From Schizochytrium sp. TIO01 (taxonomy: Eukaryota > Protista > Bigyra: Labyrinthulomycetes), in NCBI GenBank assembly GCA_004764695.1, contig SMSO01000014.1:6996029-7060028 (forward strand): 64,000 bases of DNA, written 5' to 3'. The translations under genes were made by a program, and so were the position numbers. Shown here one piece after another: positions 33,695-44,315 of this stretch (the stretch's first letter is position 1; every line of letters begins with the position of its first letter). The notes under the pieces were generated by a model. The model was not told the DNA's origin, searched no databases, and worked only from the letters and a program-made list of their open reading frames with translations.

Positions 33695-36235
33695 ATGATA
33701 CACTGGGAGGTGAGCAACTCATCAGAGTGGAGGGAATCTGTTGTTTACGATGAGCATTACGCTACATGGCAGACAGGGCTCATCTTAACTCTGCTGGCCT
33801 CATTACTTAGTTACGGATGGACTGCCAAATACTCTGATTTTATGTACTCCGTACGAGAACACATACGACAGCAGGATCTGGACTTGCAGAATAAGCAGCA
33901 AGAAACATCCACATCAACGCATCACGAAGTCCAGAACACAGAGGGAGACCTCGAGGCTGCAGGCGCAACACCGTCTGAAGGGCGTACAAGAGGTGACGCA
34001 GGCTCCGAACATGGCAGTGAAAGCTCGGTAGGTACGGGGTCTATCATAATGTCAACCTTCCTCCAAGCGGCCAAAGTTCACCCTTTTCGATTTATTATCT
34101 TTGCTCTCGTATTTGCAACATTTGTTGTCATGGATTTTGTTGCGCTAGCAATCGTTCCGTTAGCGCTTATTGTGCCAACAATCATGCTCATTTTTCTCTG
34201 GGGTGCCATCTACCGCGCTATTTGGCAACGCTCATTCGACATTCGCACGGCAGTGGAGACCATTGTTATCGCAGCTCTGATTGCTGTTGGCGTTGGTGTT
34301 GCCCCAAAGGGTTTGTATATCGTACATATCCGACGAGTTGTCAATTGGAATGCAAAAAGCATCATCTACTCGGGAGTTTTTGTAGGTGTGTGCATCTTTA
34401 TCTACCTCCTGCGCCGCTCGCGCCCGCAGAACTCACGAAATACTCAAACCATCCTCACTGGTGTACAAACGGGCATCTTTGGCGGTCAGGCACTGGTTCT
34501 GCTCAAACTCGTTGCGGAAATTTGTGAGAATGCCATTTTTCATTCAAACTACACCTTCGAAGGAGCCTCCGCCGTTGTGGTTGTCTGCTTATCTGTGATT
34601 CTTTCATCTTTGCACATCTTCTCGTTGCATACGACCCTTGGGCGACTCAATAAAGCAAATGTTCAACTTCTCATTCCTGTGCATCGACTGGCATTGATGG
34701 GGTCTGCTAGCATTGGTGCTGGAGTCTACCTTGAGGAGTGGAAAGTTCCTGAAGGTTCGCCTTTGCGTATGGGCCTCTATTATGGCCTTAGCTTGTTTGG
34801 CCTTACGCTTGCTTGCATTTACTTTGGTCACCGTGCTGCAAAAGAGGATTCGAATGCCAATGCAGACAGCAACAGAGCTTCACCGGACTCCTCTCTCTCC
34901 CAAAGGGACCGTCGTCGCCGCCATAGTAAGCAAATCACAGCGGTTCATGAACATGTCATGGACGATCTTGATGACAAGGAGCATTTCCACGATGTTATTG
35001 CGTCCAGGTCTGCGACACCAGTGCACGAGACAAAGCCTGGAAACGCTTTACTCAGTCTTGGTCAAGATCCCCACCGTATGTCATGTGCCGCTACTGGCGA
35101 TGATGATGAGGAGCTTGATGAGTATTACATGTCACATTCTCGCTCCATGATGGGCAGTGACGTGTATACTAACGCCAATAATCATGAAGAATTGCCAGAG
35201 CTTGCTCTTCCATCCTCTGCAAACATTGCGACCCCTCCAGCACCCCCTTCTGCTGGCTCATCTCCTGATTCCCCATCTGAGAAACTCGAGACTCAGAACA
35301 GCAATGTTTCCAATTCGTCACTTCAGTCATTCCACAGCCTCATGATTGATGACAGTGATGAGGAGGATGATGAAGGGCTTATGGGCCTGAAGACCAATGG
35401 GGAAGCAAGGGCGGGCGATTACTTGACCTCGGTCACACTTGCTGAAAGGGACCCGACAGTTTTCAACTATAATTATCCAGTACCTGAAGAAACCATGGTT
35501 TATCCAAAGTCAATGGGAACACCAAAGAGTAACTGGGTTGATGCGGGGCTTCAATCTGGTGGCTGGAAGGTCCGGGGCCCTGACTATGATAATGACCGCG
35601 TCAAAGTCCCTTGTGGAGAAGCTCGCATGGCTATTTCGGCTCTCGAGTGGATCTATGCCCCAGAGGTTCCTCATAAAGTCATGAGTGCTCGTGTAAATGG
35701 CTATTTGTCTAAGCATCACCTCAATCGTAAGGATCGTCCCTTCGTTATTCTTATTAATTTCATCATCCCTAGCGTTGGTCACTATGTAACTTACCTCACA
35801 CGGCGGCCCGATATCAAGGATGAAATCTTCGATGAAATGTTAGAAAAATTTATCAATGCTGAGCATGACGATTACCGTAACAAGCGTCTTAAGCTCATCC
35901 CTGGTGTGTTAGAGGGGAGCTATTTTGTCCGCAAAGCTGTTGGCGCCAAACCTGCACTTCTTTGCCAAAAGTTAACCACAACTTACCACCGTGGAGATAA
36001 CTTTTTTGAGATTGTTATCGATGTTGGTTCCTCGGCAATTGGTAGCCGTATCTTTTCGGCAGTGAAGGGTTTTGCATCAAGCTTGGTGTTGCATCTCGGC
36101 ATTGTTCTTGAGTCCAAGACTCATGCAGAACTTCCTGAGCGCCTTATGGTTGGCGTGGATATTTACACACCGGCAATGCACCCTAATGGGGCTCCAGTGC
36201 CACCTGCAGGTAACCAGGCTCTTGCAAATGTTTAG
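33695..36235 (+). CDS. NIPA-like (Mg2+ transporter/DMT fold) membrane domain fused to a C-terminal EDR2-C (DUF1336) domain
   Basis: About 9 TM segments with NIPA-like motifs (DFVALAIVPLALIVP; GGQALVLLK; LIPVH...GAGVYLEEW), an acidic disordered linker, then DUF1336 signatures (WKVRGPDY..DRVKVP; RNKRLKLIP....GSYFVRKAVG.KPALL; FEIVIDVGSS; ELPERL). First ATG is at 33695. Confidence 0.85.
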   Translation: MIHWEVSNSSEWRESVVYDEHYATWQTGLILTLLASLLSYGWTAKYSDFMYSVREHIRQQDLDLQNKQQETSTSTHHEVQNTEGDLEAAGATPSEGRTRGDAGSEHGSESSVGTGSIIMSTFLQAAKVHPFRFIIFALVFATFVVMDFVALAIVPLALIVPTIMLIFLWGAIYRAIWQRSFDIRTAVETIVIAALIAVGVGVAPKGLYIVHIRRVVNWNAKSIIYSGVFVGVCIFIYLLRRSRPQNSRNTQTILTGVQTGIFGGQALVLLKLVAEICENAIFHSNYTFEGASAVVVVCLSVILSSLHIFSLHTTLGRLNKANVQLLIPVHRLALMGSASIGAGVYLEEWKVPEGSPLRMGLYYGLSLFGLTLACIYFGHRAAKEDSNANADSNRASPDSSLSQRDRRRRHSKQITAVHEHVMDDLDDKEHFHDVIASRSATPVHETKPGNALLSLGQDPHRMSCAATGDDDEELDEYYMSHSRSMMGSDVYTNANNHEELPELALPSSANIATPPAPPSAGSSPDSPSEKLETQNSNVSNSSLQSFHSLMIDDSDEEDDEGLMGLKTNGEARAGDYLTSVTLAERDPTVFNYNYPVPEETMVYPKSMGTPKSNWVDAGLQSGGWKVRGPDYDNDRVKVPCGEARMAISALEWIYAPEVPHKVMSARVNGYLSKHHLNRKDRPFVILINFIIPSVGHYVTYLTRRPDIKDEIFDEMLEKFINAEHDDYRNKRLKLIPGVLEGSYFVRKAVGAKPALLCQKLTTTYHRGDNFFEIVIDVGSSAIGSRIFSAVKGFASSLVLHLGIVLESKTHAELPERLMVGVDIYTPAMHPNGAPVPPAGNQALANV

Positions 36236-37039
36236 AGATTCGGAGCCGCTCTACCGTATTGTTCTCTAAAGGAAGCATCCCACTTTGGTTTTTCTTTCTG
36301 TCGACATCAATGAAAGCTTTGAGCTTACTAACTAAGCTGCTTTCTAGAGTGCCAGTGTGGTACTTAGCCTCTCTTAGTTATTTTGTCCTATGAAATTTAT
36401 CGCGCCTGAAGCTACACCCGTATAAGACATGTACAATTCCAACGAAAGTGATGATTACAAAATCTTACATCTTCATGTCTTTTGTACCATCGCTCTGCCC
36501 GCTCGCTGTTTATCTTCATCAACCTGGTGATCAAGCAATTACTAGGAGTATTTAGTGTATGCCTCGGAAGCTCAAGCGTATGTATTCACTGTATAAACAA
36601 CAAAACCAACTAAAACGATAAAGTTTAAATTTTGCTTGGTGCTCTCTTATATTCTCACCGTGCTTCAAGGACATTAAGCAAGGGGGGAGGGGGGCTTCAT
36701 ACCTCCATGGCAAATGTGTGTATTTATTCAATCAGTGCTACAAGAGGATAGAAGGATCAGAAAAATTTGATTCTGTTGTGTAATTAAGGAAACTGGATTG
36801 TAAGAACCTGAACGACGATTCTACTCGTAGCAGAGGGTTGTTCTCTTTCAATCTTGCCGAGCCACGTACATAAAGGAATGTTGATCATTCATAAATAATA
36901 CTACAGCCTATGCGAGAAAAAATCTAACAACCCTCGTGTTTATTGGATTCTTTTGAAAGATGACAAAACGTATCACCTGGACAAAAACTTCAACTTCACA
37001 AGGACCGCTAAGTTGATCTGATCTAAACAGACATTAGAC

Positions 37040-39247
37040 CTAAATTCGCTTCGAAGTAGCATTTAAGTCCTGGCCCCGCCATTCTCGAATGAAGAACATC
37101 AAATGCACACCAGTTGCCATGACAAAGAGATAATACAATACAAAGAAAGCGCCTTCCCATGTTGTAATTGCGGGGAGGAGTAATGCAGCACCTTCAAGCC
37201 CAGTCGTGTAACCAACTATATTAGCGATCTTGAGCATTATGATATTGCAAGCGCCGAGGAAACACACTAACCATCGGCTCGCCAATGGGTGCATGTCCAT
37301 CCAGGAGCGCATTGCAGGGAAGCGTGAAACTCTTTCTGCAACAATCTCAGGTACGAAAAAGATGGAAAGGAGCCAACCCCAGGCAAACAGCTGCGGCTTA
37401 ATATCATGCCAAAACCCGACAAAAGTAAAAACCACGAGAATATTGAATGCTTTACGAAAGGGACCGATGCCATTTCCACCAAGTGGCACATAAATGTACC
37501 TCACCAGCCAACGATTAAAGGAGCGGTGCCACGCCCGCCAAAAGCCCCCAATTGTGAAATTGTTGTTCATACACCGTTCCATATTTTCAACGGGTTCAAT
37601 ATCATCACAGACTGCCCAGAGTCTAAAGAAGCGCCAAATGAGAAGAAACTTGAACCACAAATACATAAGCGCCCAGTATGAATAATATATAACATCTTCA
37701 TAATTCAGAGGCCCACCATAGTACTGCCTCGTAAGGTAGACCAGGAGAGGGGTGCGGACAAATCGTCTTGTTGTAGGGTCTACTTCGTTCACCGTGTATC
37801 GAAAGGCCATGAAAGATAAGGTACCAACGTAAAGGTAGTGTGTGAGAACCTCAAAAAGCAGCAAAATAGCCAAAAAACGAAATGCGTAGCGGAATTTACC
37901 CTTGAGGGTGTAGGTTTGTTGTGCTAGCGCAAGATGTGATACAAACGAATTAAATGTAATAGTTGGCCCAGCAACATACAATGGAAGATAGAGAAGATAG
38001 CTCAAATATACTACCGGGTCGTGGTAAACCTGCTCCAGGTGGTACTGTTCTACACGCGAGCGTTCGTCAATAGAGGACTCACGGATGGCCACAGTGTCAT
38101 CGTCTGACTTCCAGATCTTGCTGGCTGAAGCTCCACCACTCGGAGCTGAGGAATGCTTGGCATCTTTTGAAGTTGGGTCTGTGTTGGTGTGGATTGCACA
38201 GTAGCGCCACCACATGTCCATATTAAAGCTCACCATGCGGAGCATGATGAAATTGAAGGAGTGGTGCCACTGGAGATCGCCAGTATGAGAATCTAACCAG
38301 TGGGTCCATGGAGTCTTGCCAAAGATGCTCGAGAACTTATAACCGCTGTAGGTTTCATTACAGTAGAGAACAAGAATATTAAAGGCCCACATTATTGTTG
38401 GAGTGATCCAGTGCGTGCTCAAGGTAGCATGGCTGAGCACCTGATTCAGCGCTACGAGTACTAGGATCTTGATTGTGTCTGCCTCATGGAAAACTACTGA
38501 GGCTAAAATTCCAACAGAGGCAATATATGTAGCGCGGGCACGCATACGATTTAGACGCGACCAATATAAAGTCAGTCTGCGTACCACAAACCCTAATAAT
38601 AAATAAACTACCATGATTCCAACCAGTGTAGGCAACATATCCCGAAACTCATGATACTGCGCATCCTTAATATCAATAGGGCGTCCGCCAATCCATGGAC
38701 TAAGCCATGAGTCATGGAGGCCACTTACATGAGGTTTTTGATGGTGCTTGTTCACCAAGAGCTCCTTGTACCTCGCACTAACACGCTCCGTAGTCATCAG
38801 AGTTCGCATGTAAAACTGCACAACAAGATAGGCATATATCGTCGCTTCGGTCCACCAGAGCCACGCTGGCATCGTTTTCGAGCCCGTTCCATTCTTTGAC
38901 TTTAAGCTTTGCGAATCTGCATCATGAGAGCTCAATCCAGATCCCATGGAGTCAGGTCCCGAGGATGTGGGCGATTTAGTTGTTGAACTGGATTTGCTGC
39001 GACGATTGGCCCTTCTCCGTACAGTACTTTTGGCTAACGTGAGGGCGCCCATGAGAATAAGAAACTGTGCCATAAGTGCGAAGGATTCGGAGTCAGAAGT
39101 GGCGTGGTGAACGTCCTCAACAGCAAAAGGCGTGGCTGCATGTGCTTTTGCAATGCGCGAGCTGGAGAGTCGTGCACTCGCCACAGAGCTCATGGCAGCG
39201 GCAACCGCGGCACCGCCCAGCGCCAGAGGGCCCAGAAATCGCGCCAT
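37040..39247 (-). CDS. GUP1: GUP1/HHAT-type membrane-bound O-acyltransferase (MBOAT)
   Basis: WIGGRPIDIKDAQYHEFR, FNFIMLRMVSFNMD, YLPLYVAGPTITFNSF, WFKFLLIWRFFRLWA..D.IEPVENM.RC, FWRAWHRSFNRWLVRYIYVPLGG and the catalytic FVGFWHD. First ATG is at 39247; the frame stays open to 39592, so the N-terminus may include an upstream exon. Confidence 0.9.
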   Translation of the reverse strand: MARFLGPLALGGAAVAAAMSSVASARLSSSRIAKAHAATPFAVEDVHHATSDSESFALMAQFLILMGALTLAKSTVRRRANRRSKSSSTTKSPTSSGPDSMGSGLSSHDADSQSLKSKNGTGSKTMPAWLWWTEATIYAYLVVQFYMRTLMTTERVSARYKELLVNKHHQKPHVSGLHDSWLSPWIGGRPIDIKDAQYHEFRDMLPTLVGIMVVYLLLGFVVRRLTLYWSRLNRMRARATYIASVGILASVVFHEADTIKILVLVALNQVLSHATLSTHWITPTIMWAFNILVLYCNETYSGYKFSSIFGKTPWTHWLDSHTGDLQWHHSFNFIMLRMVSFNMDMWWRYCAIHTNTDPTSKDAKHSSAPSGGASASKIWKSDDDTVAIRESSIDERSRVEQYHLEQVYHDPVVYLSYLLYLPLYVAGPTITFNSFVSHLALAQQTYTLKGKFRYAFRFLAILLLFEVLTHYLYVGTLSFMAFRYTVNEVDPTTRRFVRTPLLVYLTRQYYGGPLNYEDVIYYSYWALMYLWFKFLLIWRFFRLWAVCDDIEPVENMERCMNNNFTIGGFWRAWHRSFNRWLVRYIYVPLGGNGIGPFRKAFNILVVFTFVGFWHDIKPQLFAWGWLLSIFFVPEIVAERVSRFPAMRSWMDMHPLASRWLVCFLGACNIIMLKIANIVGYTTGLEGAALLLPAITTWEGAFFVLYYLFVMATGVHLMFFIREWRGQDLNATSKRI

Positions 39248-40665
39248 GCTCCCCCGGTGCAAAATTGGTGGCGCCGGAGCTGACGAAGACGGAGCTTGGG
39301 ACGATGAATTTTCGATTACGCGCCCTCCGGGTGGTTCTACCCCTCCTAAAACCGCTTTCCCGCTTCCTTTTCCTTCTTCAGGCACCAGAATGTGAAAGTG
39401 GTGCTCGGAATCGAAAGCGAACTCGTCAGACTCCCTCTCGCGGCTGATAGAGGAAGCGTGCCCAGTTCGTGCACTGCTGCCGTTGTCCTGGGCTCGGACT
39501 CGAAGTTGGTCTTCTTGTTCTTCAACCTGGATCTCGACGAGGTGGTGCAAAGACTGAAGGGCTATGTGTATTAGTATGCGAAGTTTCCGCACTGAGTGCG
39601 CGAAGGAATGTGCTTGCCATGCTCTAGGTGATGTACTGGCCTGGCTCGTGAAGGAGGAGGGACGTGATGCACCAGCAATTGCAAAGCAGATTTGCTTTGG
39701 CTTTGCATGGTGGCAGCAAGATGAAGAATTGCCGAGAGTCTTTTGCAGGTGAGGGTGACCTTGATTCGATCGTTTAAGGGAAAAACCAGGAGGCCCAATG
39801 AGGTCGCGGACAGCGGACAGTCGTCGGTGAACTGCAAGCGGAGTGGATCTTGGCTCTTGGCGAGGGCGAAGATGTTGGTTCGCGAAAGATGTGCACGAGA
39901 GGTAGGTCTAGATTTTAGGCAATGCAAGTGGAGCTTATAAGAGGTCAACACCGTGGCGGAGTGACTGACAGAACTCAATCAACATACTTTTAGAACAATG
40001 CTAAAAGAAAGAGAATGATTGTGTGATATACAAGATCAATTTGCACTATTTGTAATAAGAAGCAAGACAAAAAGTTTCTTCTACGTATATTCTTCATTTT
40101 GGCCCTGGTAGAGGTGCTAAGTACCTATCAGAGGTTCGTAGGTGTTGCTAGAGTGGGCGGTATATCACTGTTTTTTAGCGAAGGTATTACAGGAGCACCG
40201 GTGACTTTTGGGGGGGCTGTAGATCCTCTTTCCGAGCCAATGGTGAAACATCCATCTTTACATAATGTAGCCGAAAATATTGGGTTCAACGCATCAACTG
40301 TCAAGACGAAATCGTCCTGTTACGTACACCCTGGCATTTGGCGGCAAGCGCAAACTCAGATATGCATAATCAGTTCCATAGGACTTGCTCTCCAGGCTAT
40401 ACCTACTTTTAAGGTAGGTGACATAGACGACATTGTATAACTGAATATCAATTATAACGATGGGCAAAAGAACAAGCTTGTCAAAGAAGCAGTAGCTTAA
40501 AGCCAGTATAATAACGGGCTGGCGAACTAGTCAAAGAGGCAGAGGCTTAATACTTAACTAACTAAGTGGCGTGTATATGTATTTTTTCTATTTATGATAT
40601 GTGCGTAAGTGAGCACGCCAATTGCTATGATGGATAATTATATGATTATTACGGTTGATTAACAA

Positions 40666-42261
40666 TTACTCGACGTAGTCCATCGTGGCATGATCAGCCA
40701 ATCGAAGAAGCTCGTTCCAATCCTTCTTGCGGCGGCGCATTGGATTGAAGTTAGTCCACCAACGAGGTCGACCCCTATCCTCATCAGTTTTGTCCTCGAA
40801 GACGTTGTCCTCACACTCTTCGAAAATGCGGTCCGCCGAAGACTGCGGAAACAGACTTACACCTTGCAAGACGTGAATTTTGGCTTGCGTGCGCAGCCTG
40901 AGCAGCGTCTGCAAATTGTTGTCTGACATGGTCATGAGACGATAAATACCGCAAATGGACCTTGCTGATGCGACTGCCTCCTCATACAGCCGCATCGTGA
41001 GCCAGAGATACGCCAACAGGAACGGCGCAAAGACATTGAAGAGCAGAATAAAACCTGCGATTCCAAAAAAGCCCACAATCATCTTATTCTCGGCCACCGA
41101 GTCTACCCAACCAATGCCTTTGTCCAGCAACGATCTCTCCTTGCGCTTGATCAAGTACCACACAGGGCTCCACAGCAGCAGACCCGGCGCTGCCACCAAC
41201 ATGAGAAGCGTGCATAACACTGTCCTGTAAGCAATTATTCTTACACACTGCATCTGAGTCGGCCTTACACCTCCGTTGGCCTCAATGCGCCTAATTCTAT
41301 CGCCCTTGACCTTGGCCACATCAAGCATCTTTTGATATGTTTCAAGAGATTCAGAGATTTCCTCAAGTTTCTTTGCCTGTTTTGCGTGTTGCAGCTCAAT
41401 TGCGTGTTTCTTTGCAGCATCCTTAGACAAGGGGGGCACCTCTGTATCGGGCGAGCTCTTGAAGATGGCGACCCAGCCCCTCAGGAAGTACATGTAGGTA
41501 GACAGGCTCATGAAGGTGCCAAGCGGCCTTTGTATCCTGGTAGCAGCGATGGCGAGACGCGCAGCCTGCCAGTCTGGCGCGGATAGGATGTTCTCGTGGT
41601 ACTCTGTCTCCAAGGCGTCAATGATGCGCTTGGCGGCCTCTTTGCGGGAGAGCCCTGGTCTCAGCCAAGATGCATCCACTACGACCGGCGGCCGGAATCG
41701 AAGCATTACGTCACTACGGAACTTTTCACGGTGGGTCCACGCCATCGCAGCCGGGACTAGGCTTACACGGAAGTCCTTCTCGCCGCGTTCTAATGCCTGG
41801 GCCACGGCCTCAAGGGCCATGTATGCCACGCCATCCTTGAACTTGAATGCCTCTGAGCGAAATGAAGACGCACCCTCAGGGCTGAAGCCCACGCAGTTGC
41901 CCTGCGCTAGGGCAGCGTAGACGGCCTTGAAGGTGTCCGCATTGAACTCTGCCGCGCGGTCACCATGCTCACGCCGCCGAAAGACGGGAACGGCGCCCGA
42001 GCCACGGATGAGCGTGCTGACCACAGGTAGCGACCACAGTGTGTCCTTGGCGCAGAAACGGATCACGCGAGGCGTCTGCGAGATAAGCACCACTGAATCC
42101 GTCAAGGAGTTGCCATGGTTAAAGCAGAGCAGTGTTGGCTCTCCCTCAGGAGGCATGTTCGAGACACCACGCACATCGAAGCTGCTGTAAAAGGAGAGAC
42201 TGCAGATCTTGAAGAAGACGCGGATGAGGTGGTACACGAAGCGGTCGCCAAAGATAGACAT
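40666..42261 (-). CDS. Glycerol-3-phosphate O-acyltransferase, fungal Gpt2/Sct1-like PlsC family
   Basis: Motif I NHGNSLTD (HX5D), motif II GAVPVFRR, motif III FSPEGAS, HREKFRSDV, and C-terminal TM segments. First ATG is at 42261; the ORF track starts at TTG 42273. Confidence 0.88.
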   Translation of the reverse strand: MSIFGDRFVYHLIRVFFKICSLSFYSSFDVRGVSNMPPEGEPTLLCFNHGNSLTDSVVLISQTPRVIRFCAKDTLWSLPVVSTLIRGSGAVPVFRRREHGDRAAEFNADTFKAVYAALAQGNCVGFSPEGASSFRSEAFKFKDGVAYMALEAVAQALERGEKDFRVSLVPAAMAWTHREKFRSDVMLRFRPPVVVDASWLRPGLSRKEAAKRIIDALETEYHENILSAPDWQAARLAIAATRIQRPLGTFMSLSTYMYFLRGWVAIFKSSPDTEVPPLSKDAAKKHAIELQHAKQAKKLEEISESLETYQKMLDVAKVKGDRIRRIEANGGVRPTQMQCVRIIAYRTVLCTLLMLVAAPGLLLWSPVWYLIKRKERSLLDKGIGWVDSVAENKMIVGFFGIAGFILLFNVFAPFLLAYLWLTMRLYEEAVASARSICGIYRLMTMSDNNLQTLLRLRTQAKIHVLQGVSLFPQSSADRIFEECEDNVFEDKTDEDRGRPRWWTNFNPMRRRKKDWNELLRLADHATMDYVE

Positions 42262-44315
42262 CCTGAGGTCCAAAGAGGAGTCTCGACTGTATTCGTTTTC
42301 TTTGCCTTGGCTATTGCTCCTGGCTTTCTACCCGTCGCGGGCTTGGAGACAGAACGTCAACACGGTGGGCGTCTCAGGGCTCGCGAGCAAACCTGCGATT
42401 ACAAGCTCGCGAAGGTTAACAAAAGAGCACGCAGGCCTGGTGCAACCCAGGTGAAACCCCAAGGCACTCGCGAGGGTGCGAGGCTGGTGTTTCCGGAGCG
42501 GCTCTAGCGATATATTTTTGGTTTGGTGAGCAAGCGATCTGCGCGACAGGTGTACTAATGATAAAATGACAATACCTGTTTTATCTTCTTTCTCATTTTT
42601 TACTTCTACTTTGTCACATAATAGTATCTATGTACCTACTACCTACAATCTCTTTTTTAAAGTAAAACAAAACTTTAAAAAAAAACTTAAAAATAACTAA
42701 AAAAAAAAAAAACTCAAAAGCGGCTCGACTAGGTTCGTCTTTTATCCGCGATGTCACAATCAAGCTCGCTTGTCCAGAGCGCTCTCTTGAGCTCGCAACA
42801 TACGAACAAATTTGTTTATTTCAATGTGCATCTAGCTGCCTCTAGGCCGGTATCACTCAAGCGGCAAAGCAGCTGGCTATGCCCATGGTCACCTAAGTAC
42901 GTGTGCGAACCACTTGAAGAAGATGCACAACAATTTTCATTAGTTCGCCTTCAGTTGTATATTATGATAGTTGGGACCTATGGTGTTTTGAACAGAACGA
43001 AAGAACACGGCTGTTGAGAACCATCCCAATCGATCGACGTAAGAAAACACATCCACAATGGCAGTGAGAGCCCTGGGTATCTCCCCCATGATCGAATAAT
43101 AAAACTAAAATAAGAAGTATGGTAAACCAGAAAATGAATTGAAGAAGGAGCCTCAAAATTGCAAAACCTGGTTTCCGAGATAATGGCGTTCTGTTCTCTC
43201 ATAGCAATACTGCATAATACCTGGTTAGGTAAAGAGAACGTCGCGAAAGAATCAAACAAAAGTATTTTCTACGATCATGAAACCAACAACGAATCGTGAA
43301 CGAAGTGACAACGCGAAATCATCAGAGCAGGTTTAGACAGTGCAGGAAACAACAACGGAGTCAGAGTCAGACCGCAGACTGATCGGCCATTCCGAGCAAA
43401 CGATCGAACAATTGGGAGGGATGTGCGCACCTTTGCACGAGCATCTCCGCAAACGTTGAAAATTGGCAGTTCATGGCACTAACAGAACGCCATTTCTTGC
43501 GACTTTAGGCGTAGCAGTAGGCAGTAATAATGCCTATTGGGCTTGCTTTGTTGGCTTTGTTCCATTTCATTTCATTGTGTTCATTCACAATGACTCATTT
43601 GTTCCTATCTTCCCAACGTCTGCTTTAGTTTTAATTTCTTAATTTCATTTTTAATTAAAAAATAAAAATAAAAATATATGAAATAGCCTTGAATAAAACT
43701 TTAATTACCTACGATTAGACGAAGGTTTCGAGTCACGATTGATAAAGTTTGCATGCGGACGACGAATTGAGCTTGAGACCTCGAGCTAATTCGCAGGCCC
43801 TCACTGATCGATAAAGCCACAGAGAAAGCTCAACTAGCTCGCGGATGTTGGGTATTTGATTATTTACCCGGAATGTCCGTGGAGGCGGTTGGACGGGTGG
43901 CTGTTCCCGTCATATCATGTGAGTCCTGGCATTGCTTGTAGGTTTGATTCAACCAAAACTGGGAAAGCAGCATTAGAGAAATGATCAAGAAATGCGAAGA
44001 GGAATCCTTGTAGCTCAAGCTACGAGGGACGGAAATTCGAGACTAGTAAGAACGAGTCCTATACACATATTAAAATACTTTATAGTAAACGTAGCTCTGC
44101 TAGCTTGGTCATGCCGCGTAAGAGAGAAGCGATACAGGAATGCAAGGGGGCAACCCTTGCTTGGTTTCGTAAAACACCTTGTTCTTCTTCATGATTGGCG
44201 AGGAACAGTATTGCCTCCACGCGCAACATTAGACATGATAGTAGGTGTCTTAGTTGCCATTTTGTTTTGTTTGACTGACTGCATTCTGTGCGCCAATGTA
44301 ATACGGTAGAGTGCA

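Noticed and set aside
43700-43960. GC-richer patch with a GACGGG/CCCGTC hairpin and ACAGAGA, a possible U6-like ncRNA
   Set aside because: The ACAGAGA lacks the U6 flanking consensus, and a single short hairpin is insufficient.
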